Assembly (NCBI RefSeq): GCF_006345805.1
Contig: NC_042999.1
Span: 3,968,001 to 4,032,000 of the forward strand
Length of the DNA: 64,000 bases
Origin: Octopus sinensis
Lineage: Eukaryota
Reading direction: 5' to 3'
Every line of letters starts with the position of its first letter. The stretch's first letter is position 1. Below the pieces are notes generated by a model that worked only from the letters and a program-made list of their open reading frames with translations, was not told where the DNA came from and did not search any database. Both the position numbers and the translations under genes were made by a program. Positions 11,331 to 24,285 of the stretch are shown here, piece after piece.

Positions 11331-14300
11331 CGATTTCATGTTCCACAAAATTCCAAACAAAACCCTGGACAGAGTGGTTTTAAAAAATCACTTCATTTTC
11401 TGAAAGTTTAAAATGTGCGTTTTAATTTATTAAGATTCTTATAAGTTTTCTTTTGATTAAAAAAATTAAAACTATAATTGCCATATCTTGAAAACCTAGA
11501 TTTCAAATTATAAAAATCAAAAAACCATTTTAAAAATATGTGAGATGTTTTAAAAATCCTGGCTTAAATGATAAATACTTTATTCTTTTGTGACAACACA
11601 ATCATATGTGCATCACTATACAAACTAAATTGTAAAGTTGAGTATAAACTTAATTAACTAAGTTTATACAGTGTCATTATTTAAGTTAAATTGGTTTTTA
11701 GAAAAAACAAAACATAGTGATATGATTTCTACAATGGTAACTTTACAACAGTTGCATTTTTACCGGCCTATGCTAGTAAATGGCATAGATGTTTTTTTAA
11801 TGTAATTTTTGTTTGTTTCGGATGTATGAACATTTTCAAATGTACTTTATACAGCAGCTATAATAAATTGAGTTAATCACTTCTTTTTTCACACAATGTT
11901 ATACTAAAGAAAAGTCAGTGTGTATTATACATGTGAGATGTTCTTTCCAAGATTTCATTGATCATAATTAGGTGAGTGCATTATATATGAGTGTATATTA
12001 TATATGAATATCTGCAATATTAGGAAAAAATGTAATTCAAAGAAGAAATCCATATCAAAATCAAATCATTATTTCTTTTGAAGTTTACCTCAGCAATGTA
12101 GGAATATTTGCTAATGAAGTTATTTGAATATTTGGATATTTTGATGCCAAACACTTTTAGAGATACAGTTTTGTTATTAATGTTCTTTAATAACAATGAA
12201 GTTTTCAGAGTTATAGAATTTATTTCAAACTGAAAGGGTTTTGATGATATGGAATATTCTTTTTTTTTTTTTAGCATCAACAACACTGAGTTTATTTCCT
12301 TAGCTAATCTCTTAAAGTAATTCACTTAAATATTCCATTAAAAACAAAGTTACCTAAATTGAGGCAGGTACATTAAATTTGATGGCTTCATTGTTGATGT
12401 GCTGAAGTAAAGAAGCTGAAACCAGATCAGTTTTGTGCTTTTCTTTTAAAAGTTAGAACAGTGAAAAAAAATTGCTGATTCATAACACCTTTTCTTTAAA
12501 AAATTCACTTTAATATTCTTCTATTACTTCTTTTGTATAATTATTTCTGTAATGTTGATAATGACAAAAAGAAGAAATAGATATAAATAAAACAACTTAA
12601 GCACATACTTTAAATTGGGAAAATGTTTGTTTCTAACCAAAAAGTGTTGATATTGAAAATAGAGCAATCTAAAGAGATGCTGAATTGCAATGTAAACAAA
12701 AAAAAAAAAGATAAATTTAGATTCATAAATATATATATATATATAAAACATCAGGATCATTATAAGTGATAATGTTGATTTGGTTTTTTTTTTTCTTTGA
12801 AACCTAAGAAGATACATTTTGGGTAAGTGCCATGAAATTTTGCAGATACTTTAGATCTTATCATTTGCATTATTACAAACACTAGTCATCATTATTTTCA
12901 TAACATCCTTGGTTTTTATCTATATGAGCAATTTTGAGACAGACAGTTTACATAATCAATACTTCAGATATCTTTAGAGTAAAAAGTGGAAATAAACATT
13001 ATTTCTTTGCAATAAAACATTATAGGATATGTTGTTTTGAAATATTCCGGTAAATGATATTCAAAATATTGTTATCTTGTTCAAAGTAATGTCAGAAAAT
13101 AAATTTAACTTTTGAACGTTATTTTTTCATAAAAACATGCAAAGCATAAAATTTCAGTTTAGAATTCACACAACATTGTAATGGAGAGAAACTTTCCTAA
13201 TTAAACTGTAAAAAAGAAATGCTTAATATAGAGAGAAGTATTTAATGTAGATTATATCAAACTATTATATCTCCAATATAATGGTCAGTATAACTGACCA
13301 GTTAAAAGATTTGACAAGTAAATCTGATTCTGTCTGGCTCAGTGGCTGTATACTGAACCAAATGACACATTTAGATTCCTACTGAATAGAGTCTGTGTGT
13401 TGTTACTGAATAAAGGAAATGTCCATTATCAATTGTCATGGCCAATTATTTGTGGCTTTTTCTTTGAAATTACTCGGAATTCTGTGTATTAACAGAACAA
13501 CATTTAGTGGCAGAGATGTGACGGAGAAGATTAAAACAGTCTGACTGACTAAACTGTCAATTCATATTCTTGATATCCTAGCCTGAGCTTTCACATTAAC
13601 CTATTCATTGTTGCAGTTACTTTAAATAGTCATTTATGCATTTTTATCTGATGCGGAAAATCAGAAAAGTTATTTTTGTTTTCTCAGAATAATGAAATAA
13701 AATGATTTTCATATAGACACAGCTACTAACACACACTTGCACAATAAATGTAACAGATCTTCTGAGTATTGAAATATGCCTACAAAACATTTTTTTTGCC
13801 ACTTTTCCATCAAGTAAAAGATTGAATTCTATACTGATTTGGTTCATATTCCTTCCAACTCCATTTTTTATTAATTCTTCAATCTATCTTTGATTCATTT
13901 GTTCATTGAGAGAACTTATATTTTTCTGTCATTTCTAAAACTGCATCAAAGCTTTATACCTTCAGGGTGAAAGTACTGAAACTTTATAATAGCAAAATAT
14001 ATTACATAAATACACTCCACTGAGTTCCTGTGTGGAATAATAAGCTATGCAGAGATATATGACCCAATCAGTATATTGAACAATCAGCCAAGAAGTTAGT
14101 AGTTCATGTCTTCTCATCAACACTTCTTTGTGTTTATTGCCAAGATACATATATCCCAGAGGGAAGAAGATCTACTTAATTTTAAGTAATTACCCCAGGG
14201 TGATATATTTCATAAATCTAATCAGCTCTTGTACTATAAAATTGATTATTGGTTCATTAATTGTAAGTGCTGAGTTCAGTTCTTCCAGTAGAAATAACTT

Positions 14301-15106
14301 ACCTGCAATGTTCAGAGGAGAAGAGAGAGTGGGAGAGAGAGAGAGAGATTTTCCTCATCCACTTAACACTGCATAAAGTAAAAATTAGTATCATTTCTGT
14401 AAACCACAGCAGATGTTTGTCAAAAGAAATAATAATAATAATAATAATAAGTTATTATCCTTCTATTATTCAATTACTATCTGGGATCACATTTGGAAAA
14501 ATCATTTGGCTAGATTGATTCAGACTTTCTCATTGATATGGTTTTTTTTTGGGTTTTTTTTGTGGGGGAGGCTTGTATTATATCTCTGTTTCTTTAAACA
14601 GTTTTTTACAGCAAGTGCTGCCTTTAGGACTTGTCATACATTCTGTTTCAAATGAAACTACTCTCTGTATATTGCATTTGTATTACTCTTTTTTTATTAC
14701 TCGTTCGGAATTAATCACTCTAAGATATTATACACATTTCATTCCTTATCTCTCTATAGAATACCCTTCCCTTTTCATCAAACTAACTTCCTTTTATAAC
14801 ATTTTATCAACCTTCTTAATCTGAACTATTTTCCTTATACTTTCCCCGTGGGCTATGTCCAATGAACTTCCAACTTAGAATGATTTACATATATTCATAA
14901 CAGAAAAGCACACACATGTCAATATTTGTTTTTATGTTAGTTATAATAAAAACAATTTTGCATTTATTTGATGGGTTACTCTATACTGTTGTAGAGTACA
15001 AATTTATTCTTAAACAATAATATTATTGACATTGACTTCAAAGTTCCAGCCAGTTAAACCATTGCTTGATGATGTCTTAAGTTACTATCAATAATACTTT
15101 TGTTTG

Positions 15107-15144
<38 letters not shown>

Positions 15145-16033
15145 CTACACACATTTCATTACATTACCCATTCTGTAATTAAAAATTCAGGTAAAGAAAT
15201 ATTGGTTTTGCATTTGAGAACTTCAATGTTTTAATGCTAAAATAGGAAATAAAAAATCTATATAATGCACCATGCTAATAACATCATCAACAATTTAAAC
15301 AATGAAAGCCACTGAAATTTTACTGAAACAAAATAACTACATATTTGAGAGGAATAACCAATAACAGCATGATAAAGAAAAGTAAAATCAATTGCAGTCT
15401 ACATCTTCCAGATAAAGTTCTCAAATGTTTGGTTGAATAAGAACATGTCTGGCTTTTCTGAATGTTTCTTTTGCTTTTTAACTTTTCAAACTGCTGCCAT
15501 TTAACATTTCTTGGCAGTCAGCCAATTGTTTGTACTTTAATGTCTGTTAGTCCAAGGTGGAAGAAAATATCAAAATTTTACAAGATAATTTATATTGTGT
15601 AGGTCTCTTTGCATTTGCCAACAAATGTCTCTGGTAAATTTGCTAGCTGATCTATTGTCATACTCTAATCAAATGCTATCCAAGGTAGTTTTTCAATGAT
15701 GTTGGCTTAGGAGAACAATTTTCATTTTTTTTTTTTTATCAAGACAAAGTCAAAAATGTTTTTGAAAGGAATATTTTTAGGCATTTGGTTTATTTGTTCT
15801 ATAGAGTAGTCTCTTGCTGCACCTTGTGAGTGGGTTTCATAAGAGGGAATCTGAAGAAAAAGCTTATAGTGTATATATATATATATATATATATAAATAT
15901 ATTTCAGAAAATTCAATTTTCTGCTGCTTTAAATAAAGCATATTACTCTACCACTGGTATTTGAGTACTCTTTTTTCCACCTTGTTTCACATTTATGTGT
16001 TTACTCCGGTATATATATATATATATATATACA

Positions 16034-16891
16034 CAGGTGCGATGGATAAATTGTTGCCATTTAAAATTTTTTATTTTGTGCATGCACATTGTTTGTTTTG
16101 GATTTTGTCAGCCACACAGTATAGTAGGGTCAATTGGGCATTTTCTGTGAGAAAACAATTTACTATGCCAGAAATTTGAAAATCACATGCTGTACTGCTT
16201 TGAATTTTTGCCAGAAGCTTCATTATGAACATTTCAGAATATTTGAATGTCAATATGAGGACAGTGCAATCTGAGAACATGTACTGAGAGTGATAAAAAT
16301 CAAACATCCAGTCAACATCATAGTGTTTGGAGGAATCACTAGTAATGACAACGTTATGCCTTCATTCATCTTTCCACACAGCCTCAGATTCAACATGGAC
16401 GCCTGCATCAAGTACCTGAATGCAGTAGTGCTGCCGTGAGTCAAGAGAGTGGTTGCTGGAAAGCCCTATGTCTGGCAACAGGACTCTGCACCATGCCACA
16501 CAAGCAGGAGAACCCTGTCATGACTGTCAGACAATTTCTGCCACCACATCACCCCTAACATCTGGCCACCTAATTCCCCAGACTGCAATCCCTATTTTAT
16601 TATATATGGGATGCAGTTGAGCGAGAGACCAACAAAACTCCTTGCTAACACCAAAGATGAACTGAAAGCAAGGATTATGGCAGTATTGATCAACATAAAC
16701 AAGGGGACTGTCCAGAAGAGTTGCAGGAGATTCTAAAGTCATCTGGAGGCTGTGGGTGAAGCCAATGGCGATTTTATTGAATGAATTTCAAGATATTTTA
16801 AAGTAATTTTGGCAAATATCTGTTTAAATGAGAAGTCAGTGTTATTTTCACTTTAGCATAATTTAGACAACAGTTTATTCACTGCACCCTG
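16034..16891 (+). mobile_element. Internally deleted IS630-Tc1-mariner element, DD37D (maT-like) transposase pseudogene
   Basis: Imperfect TIRs cagg(g)tgc...gataaattgttgcc and gacaacagtttattcactgcaccctg. Translation KHPVNIIVFG...YVWQQDSAPCHTSRRT...WPPNSPDCNP; spacing from QQD to the expected third D is 37. Stops and a large internal deletion are present. Confidence 0.85.
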
Positions 16892-16902
16892 TGTGTGTAT
16901 AT

Positions 16903-16943
<41 letters not shown>

Positions 16944-16944
<1 letters not shown>

Positions 16945-17044
16945 TTCCTTATCTTTCCTGATGAGAAGACGGCATAATGCACCCGTTATTCTTTCGGAAT
17001 TAAGAATATGCAGTCTTCGAAACATGTGTCGAGAATAAAGGAAT
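16944..17044 (+). ncRNA. Type I hammerhead ribozyme motif, canonical core, GUC site
   Basis: Stem I about 12 bp (16945-16957/17031-17043, two bulges); CTGATGA 16958-16964; stem II GAAGAC/GTCTTC; GAAA 17019-17022; stem III AC-atgt-GT with palindromic ACATGT; GTC 17028-17030. Confidence 0.8.
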
Positions 17045-17081
17045 TTTGTTAAATCGTCGTTCGACTCCATTCTTTCATTTA

Positions 17082-17168
<87 letters not shown>

Positions 17169-17210
17169 ATATACACATATATATATATGACAGGCTTTAA
17201 TATCATATAC

Positions 17211-17248
<38 letters not shown>

Positions 17249-17254
17249 TATCTT

Positions 17255-17663
17255 TAATCTTTTACCTGTTTCAACCATTAGACTGTTGCCATGCTGGGGC
17301 ACCACCTTGAAGAATTTTTAATCAAATAAATCAACTGCAGTACTTATTTCTATTTTTAAGCCTGGTACTAATTATATCAGTCTCTTTTGGCAAACTGCTA
17401 AGTTATGGGGAGGTAAATATACCAATTCCAGTTGTCAAGTGGTAGTAAGGGACAGACACAAATAGACACACACACACATATACACACACACATATATATA
17501 ATATATGACAGGCTTCTTTCAGTTTCTGTCTACCAAATCTACACAAAAGGCTTTGGTTGACTTGAGGCTATAGTAGAACACGCATACTTGCCCAAAGTGC
17601 CACACAGTGGCACTGAACCCAGAACCATGTGGTTGGGAAGCAAACGTCTTACCACACAGCTAC
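17255..17663 (-). mobile_element. SINE family A, near full length
   Basis: Reverse complement of the 36876-37265 pattern with internal (CA)/(TA). Confidence 0.8.
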
Positions 17664-18364
17664 TTGCAAATTTAAATATATGGCATGAATGCAGTACTAT
17701 TTTTGGAAAATGCAGTCAATGAATTACAGCTGGTCACCTCAAGAAAAATCTGGCCTATTGTCCATTTGGACAATAGGTTGAAGATATCAATTATCTAATA
17801 TAGCAGAAAGCAGGTCTTGTGGAAATACAATGTCCTGATATTGGTAGAGAAATGCAGCACAGTCAAGAAGTGCCTTCTTTTTTTTGTCATCCTGCTTAAT
17901 TCCAAGTTGCCATTAATAAGCTTAAGTAAAGAATAAGAAAATAAAGGAAAGTATATATTTCCTGTAAAATGGAACCTTTCTTTTGAAATCAAAGATCAAT
18001 CAGTCAAATATCAATATTTATAACAATAAAATGTTAAATCATTGATAACACCATATCACATACACTTGTAAGACATATCTTAATATAAGTGGTAAAATAC
18101 TGTTATAAGTATCTGGGCATTCCTTATACAATAAAAAATTAGATTATATAGCATATAACATAGAATATATACAGAATCTAAAGTAGTACATATGTATATA
18201 TAATCCTTAGCCTTAATCATTTTCACACAATCCAAATAAGAAAGATCTAAAATTTAGATATTAAGGTATCAATTCAATTACTTGGTTTGTCAGAGCCTTT
18301 TTGTCAATGGCATACTTTCATTGATACCATTTCTTTTCATGACAATTGAATGATGATGATGATG

Positions 18365-18752
18365 ATCATCATCATCGTTTAACGTCCGTTCTCCATGCTA
18401 GCATGGGTTGGATGATTCAACCGGTGATCTGGGAAGCCAGAAGGCTGCACCAGGCTCGAGTCTTATCTGGCAATGTTTCTACAGCTGGATGCCCTTCCTA
18501 ACGCCAACCACTCCGTGAGTGTAGTGGGTGCTTTTTACGTGCCACCCGCACAGGTGCCAGGCGAGGCTGGCAATGGCCACGGTCGGATTGGTGCAATTTA
18601 TGTGCCACCAGCACGGAAGCCAGTCGAGGCAGCGCTGGCATCGGCCACGATTCGGATAGTGCTTTTTACATACCACCAGTCCAGGGGTCCTGGCATCTGC
18701 CGGGTGCCAGTCATAGGATTGGTTCAATTTCGATTTCACTTGCCCCAACATG
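18365..18752 (-). mobile_element. RTE LINE 3' UTR fragment with (GAT)n tail
   Basis: Same family as 10985 and 27600-27979. Confidence 0.85.
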
Positions 18753-19289
18753 TCTTCGCAAGCAAAGGGGGTTGAATGATAATGATAAATAAGAAGATCC
18801 TTACAACATTCAATAATAATACAAGTTTTAATTTTGAAAAAAGTCATCGAAAACATAGTTCCTTCAGTTGATATGCAAGTAGTCAGTTAATTCAACAACA
18901 AGGTGTAACCCACAGAACAGTAGCACTGGATAGTGTCATACCTCTTCAGACTATTTTTGCCTGTCTGTTCAATCTGATGGTAGCCACAAGATGTGGTCGT
19001 ATTAAATTCATTCTAAACAGGAGAACTGTTTCTACTGCATCTCTGTATTTGTCATCTGTGTTGTGCAACCAAGTATGGTGTTTGACATTAATTAGATTGC
19101 TTATAGTGTTATTTGTTTGTATGTAGTTTTCCTTCATTGTTTTTGTGAATTGATTAGGAGGGATTTCTTAAAAACACCAACCTAATCTCCCTCAAACTTC
19201 ACCCTGCTGCTTAAAAAAATCAATGAATTTACTGGATATATATGTGTTTGTGTGTGTGTGTGTGTTCATGCACGTACATGTGTGTGTGG

Positions 19290-19470
19290 ATGCCATGATA
19301 GATCACTAGCCACTACACATTCTTCATTTTCTCTCCTTGTTTCTTTCTGTGTTCCTTTCTGTGGAAGAGCGTAGGCTCAAAACGTTAAAAACTTTTTCAC
19401 TTCCCGAGTGTTATACTAATACATCTATTTGTTGTCTACACCACCTGTCTTCATCTTTTGATTTTTTTGT

Positions 19471-19490
<20 letters not shown>
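19290..19490 (+). mobile_element. Short element with degenerate hammerhead-like motif (same family as 4430 and 55846)
   Basis: 'cctttCTGTGGAagagcgtaggctcAAAAcgtta' followed by the same downstream tract ('tatactaata...ctacaccacctgtcttc'). Confidence 0.6.
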
Positions 19491-19549
<59 letters not shown>

Positions 19550-21560
19550 GTATGTATGTGTATATGTATATATATCTTATCTTTCTTCAGTCATTAGACT
19601 GAGACAATATCTTGAAGAACATTTAGTGAAATGAATCAGCCCCAATACTTTTTTTTTAAAGCCTGGTACTTACTCTATCAGTTTCTTTTGCCAAACTGCT
19701 ATGTTATAATGGTGTAAACATGCCAACACTGGTTGTCAAGTGGTGGTGAGGTACAAACATGGACACAAAGACACGTGCACATCTCAGAGCAGATTAAGAT
19801 ATATTAGTCAAAGAATCCTAGATACTCCCACCACCAAAGAAAAGCACGGAGTAGTTACAGCTAGAATGCCTTTGGTCATAGTTCTGCTTGATCGGGGTTG
19901 ATCTGGTATGAAACAACACAGTGTTAATACAGTGGCCTCTTTGTTTTACAAAGGATGGATGAAAAGTATTCTACAGCATAGGGTGAAATTTAAAATAAAG
20001 TAAAACAAGCCATAAACTAAATTAGTATAATTTGGACCTTTTTCAATGAAACAGGGACACGCCGGTGAAGAAATATAATTACTATAATCCAATATAAAAG
20101 AACTATCAAGCCTCTTTTGTCATTAAATATTGGAGTTATGTCACTGAGAACTTTCTAATTTGTCTCTATGTTTTTCAGCTGAAAAATTCATTAATGAATT
20201 TTCTATCAAACAATCATCACATTCATTGATATTTCTTCTGCTTTTTTTTAGATTTTTTTCTATGCAATTAATTCCATCGAAATTATCTAGGAGAAAAAAG
20301 AACAAAAGTAAAAACCTGAAACCTAGTGAGCAAAAATGGTCATTATATTAATGAATAATGGTATTTATAGTTCAGTAGGTCAAATTATGCTTGTCAGAGT
20401 GTAAATGGAATCTAATGAAATGATGTATATTTTCTTTTTTAGGTTCATGAAAGCAAATAAATATTTTCAATAATCTTTAAACTAATATTGAACAAGTGAT
20501 TGATTAAAAACCTATCAGCGCATTGTTTTCCCCACACATTTTATTGCCAACTAGTTCACAGTAAACTGGAATTCAAAGTAATTTTATAGCATAATCCTTT
20601 AGCTAATAATCAGAAGTAAAGGCAGTCATATGAAATATAACAGGTTACTCAAATTAGAAGTTATTGAAAGCAGGAGAAAACTTAATTATTTCAAGCACAA
20701 GGCTTAAAGACAATTTAATTATTTTCAATATAAAGCTACTACTTATTTTAATTGTAAATTATATAGTTCCTGTGTGTGTGTATAAGCACATACATACTTA
20801 TATACATACATATATACATACACATCATCTTGATAAATAAAAGAATGTGTTAAAGAAGTGTAAGAGAAAAGAAAGAGAGAATATGTATGGGAGTGAGAAA
20901 CCTAGTTAAAGAGACAAAGAGAAGCTGACAATAATATATGTTGTTGTTCACAGAGAGAAACAGAAGGAAAGAATAAACATTACTACCAAGAGAGAGAGAG
21001 AGAGAGAGTGAGTGAGTGAGAAAGAGTGAGTGAGAGAGAGAGAGTGAGAGAGAGAGAACAGATGCTGATGCCAATAAACTGAGGAGACAAGATAATACTA
21101 TCGCTTGGCCAAACAATAAAGCAGTAAACATTACCACTTGACCAATAGACAAGGGAAGAATAAGTTTTGTGTTACTCTGTTACTTAATGCCTTTATGATT
21201 TGTCATAATTGTTATATCATTCTATGTTGGTTACACATTAAGGAAATTGAAGGTAAAAAGAAATAAAATGGTGTTGATTTATTGTTAACTTTATATAAGT
21301 CTAAAATGCCTATATGAGCACGGGTGTGTCTATGTGGTGAAGAAGCTCACTTCACACAGTTCCAGTGTGATCTCTCTATGTGACACCTTGGACAAGTTTC
21401 TGCTACTGTAGCCATGAGTTTAACAATACTTTATGAGTGGAATTTGGTAGGCACACACTGTTCAGTAGCCTGAGATACACACACACACACACACACACAC
21501 TCACTTAGGCATAGCAATACTAACCTGGTGTATGTTTCAGAACAGAGCATAAGTCAAGAA

Positions 21561-21785
21561 TCATCATCATCATCATCGTTTAACATCTGTCTTCCATGCT
21601 AGCATGGGTTGGACGATTTTGACTGAGGGCTGGCGAACCAGACGGCCGAATCAGGCTCCAATCTTGATCTGGCAGAGTTTCTACAGCTGGATGCCCTTCC
21701 TAACGCCAACCACTCCGAGAGTGTAGTGGGTGCTTTTTACGTGCCACCAGCACAGGGCCAGTCAGGCGGTACTGGCAACGACCTC
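21561..21785 (-). mobile_element. RTE LINE 3' UTR fragment
   Basis: Same tail family. Confidence 0.8.
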
Positions 21786-22277
21786 ACTCAAATCAATAGG
21801 GCAATTATAAGAAATTGGATAATTGACAAAAGGAATAAGAAATTATGTAATGAACTTCATTACCATACAGCTATTTCTGCTATAAGATGCATTGCATCTT
21901 TATTACTGAAGCTCAAAAGAATAAAAGTGTTTTATGTGCAAGTGTAAATTGACTAGTATGTTTAATAATGCACATTTCCTTAATTCATATACATTCATCT
22001 GAAGTATTTGTCACATGGAATCTACTAAAACCTTTTGTTTGTTATTAACCTTGTCTAACTGAGACCCTTGTCCACCTTGAACTCAATTGGTTTATTTCAA
22101 ATATAACAACATTGTGTGATTAATTCATCCCCCAAAATAACGAACTTATTTTATCCTGCTGAAGCTGAGGAGTGTTGACTTCTGTTAACTAATATTTGAT
22201 TTGCAGTTATGCATTCTTTCAAGCTGTTTTGTTCAGTTATGATCTTTGTTTACAACTTATTTACAATTTTGGCTTAA

Positions 22278-22496
22278 CCCTTTCGTTACCAACCTGGCTG
22301 AAACCGCCTCTGGCTCTGTAGTACAAATGTTTTGTTTTCATAAGTTTTGAATTAAAATCTTTCACCAACACTTGGTCACAATTAACGTCCCTAACACTAG
22401 CTTAATGATAACTAAGTTATTTACTAAATTCTTTGTTATATTTAAAATAATTGAGAGAAAACAAAGCATCTCAAAACAAATATGGTAACAAAAGGG
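22278..22496. mobile_element. TTAA-flanked MITE (piggyBac-like), copy 1
   Basis: TTAA|ccctttcgttacc...gtaacaaaaggg; about 220 bp; right TTAA is mutated. Confidence 0.75.
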
Positions 22497-22533
22497 TTTG
22501 AGTTGGAAAGAGAAATAATAAGGTGGGCCTTAA

Positions 22534-22752
22534 CCCTTTTGACACTAACTTGGATGAAACTGCCTCTGGCCCTGTAGTACAAATGTCTTGTTTTCATAAG
22601 TTTTGAATTAAAATCTTTCACCAACACTTGGTCACAATTAATGTTCCTAACACTAGCTTAATGATAACTAGGTTATTTACTAAATTCTTTGTTATATTTA
22701 AAATAATTGAGAGAAAACAAAGCATCTCAAAACAAATACAGTAATGAAGGGG
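22534..22752. mobile_element. TTAA-flanked MITE (piggyBac-like), copy 2
   Basis: TTAA|cccttttgacac...gtaatgaagggg|TTAA; direct repeat of copy 1. Confidence 0.75.
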
Positions 22753-23379
22753 TTAACAATGTGAATTGAATTCAATTTCTAGAAACTTCCAAATTCAGCA
22801 TTTTGATTTGAATCTTGTGATGACTGCTTCAAAACCTTATAAAGAGGTGTAGGCTGACATAAATCTTGGTGTCACTGAAATTCTAAACTGTTAAAGTACA
22901 CAATAAAGTAAATGTGACTCCACATCTCTACATTATTGTTCAGTCTGCTTGAAATAGCAGCCAAATCTCTCTCAAATCTTTTTCAATCATAAACAAAAGA
23001 TAAAGGCACATTGGATAAAGTAGCTCTAATAGTAGCGTTGATATACTTTACTTAAAAATGTGATGGAGTATTGATGGATGGGAAGCTTCTCATCATAGAT
23101 TGTTTGACCAGTGTTGACCTGGGGCTACACAGTGACAACTAAAATATATTTGTCCATATTTTAGATCTTCTTAAGAATATTTCATAAGCTTTGCTCAGGA
23201 ATTCCTTTACACTTAATGCTCATGTTGCATCTAAGTACAAAACATGAGTAAATTTCAAGGTCTAGTGATATTATATTCTTTTGGCATAAATTTCTTGATG
23301 TTTTCACATTGAAAACATTAACACTCCCTGGGAATGTATGTATTAATATAAATGTTTTGTTTATAATTTCATGTGTAAG

Positions 23380-23990
23380 TTCTACAAATATTTATTGGTT
23401 CTACAACAGTTAATCTCTCCATGCCTCCACAACTCCTCTCTGTAATATATACGTCTTTTTTTTTCCTCTTTTCCTATTCATTAACTACATAACATTCAGT
23501 ATTTCATAGCAACATTTTTAAGTCCTGGCAACCAAATTTTACAATTTGTTCCAATCATTTTTTTGGTATCAACCATTTGGCAATCCATTTTAATCCAGTT
23601 ACTTTCCTACTAAATTTTATATCAAACTTCCAGAATGATTTTTAGATATTTTTTTTCCTCAACTCACTTTTTTCTATGTTGTTTTTTTACCTTATCATTA
23701 GCATTTTGAATGATTCTCAAGTTTTCGACTTCTTGCTGTCTGCTATTGAAGTTTGTATCTTGTATCTTTCCATAAATTCTCTTTTTATATAAAACACTCA
23801 GCTGTCTTTTATGTTCTCAGTCAGATATCCACTTACCCTGTTCATAAACATTTTCCAGTGTTGCATAAAAAAAAACCTAGATTTGATCTGATGTTTCTCA
23901 ATAATAAACAAGAAAGATTTCCTTCTCATCATTATTGGTCTCATCCAAGTAAGGCTGTCTGACTGATAGGAAACATTCACTCAATAGCCA
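23380..23990 (-). mobile_element. Possible heavily decayed RTE ORF2 (EN-RT linker) fragment
   Basis: Long purine-rich, partly open frames (HKRQLSVLYKKRIYGK...WIAK...LWRHGE) loosely resembling RTE linker sequence. Weak. Confidence 0.3.
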
Positions 23991-24129
23991 CTGGTACATA
24001 GATATATTTTTTCTCCCATTTCTTTAAAAACACAGTTCCTTTTAAACTAAAGAATTGATTCAGCTTCAATATATCACTGATACATATTACATGCCGACGG
24101 CACATAAAAAGGCACTCAGTACACACTAT

Positions 24130-24285
24130 AAAGTGGTTGGCATTGAGAAGAGCATCCAGCTATAGAAACCATGCCAAAACAGACAATTAGAGCTTGGTGC
24201 AGCTCTCCAGCTGACAAGCTCCTGTCAAACTGTCCAACCCATGCCAGCATGGAAAACAGATGTTAAACACTGATGATGATGATGA
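24130..24285 (+). mobile_element. RTE LINE 3' UTR fragment
   Basis: 'aagtggttggcattgagaagagcatccagctatagaaac...ccaacccatgccagcatggaaaacagatgttaaacactgatgatgat'. Confidence 0.8.

Noticed and set aside
12809-12828. 14-nt segment ending in GG|gtaagt on the plus strand
   Set aside because: The acceptor is a weak AAG separated from the pyrimidine tract; insufficient support.
12349-15870. Minus-strand fragments suggestive of a PX-domain gene (IPSYE..., RRHELLTSWL, YFHPE)
   Set aside because: The fragments are in incompatible frames or lack usable splice sites, the diagnostic RRY motif is missing, and no coherent gene model results.
23831-23845. Perfect minus-strand donor CAGG|gtaagt
   Set aside because: It lies inside a probable decayed LINE, with no matching acceptor or open exon upstream.
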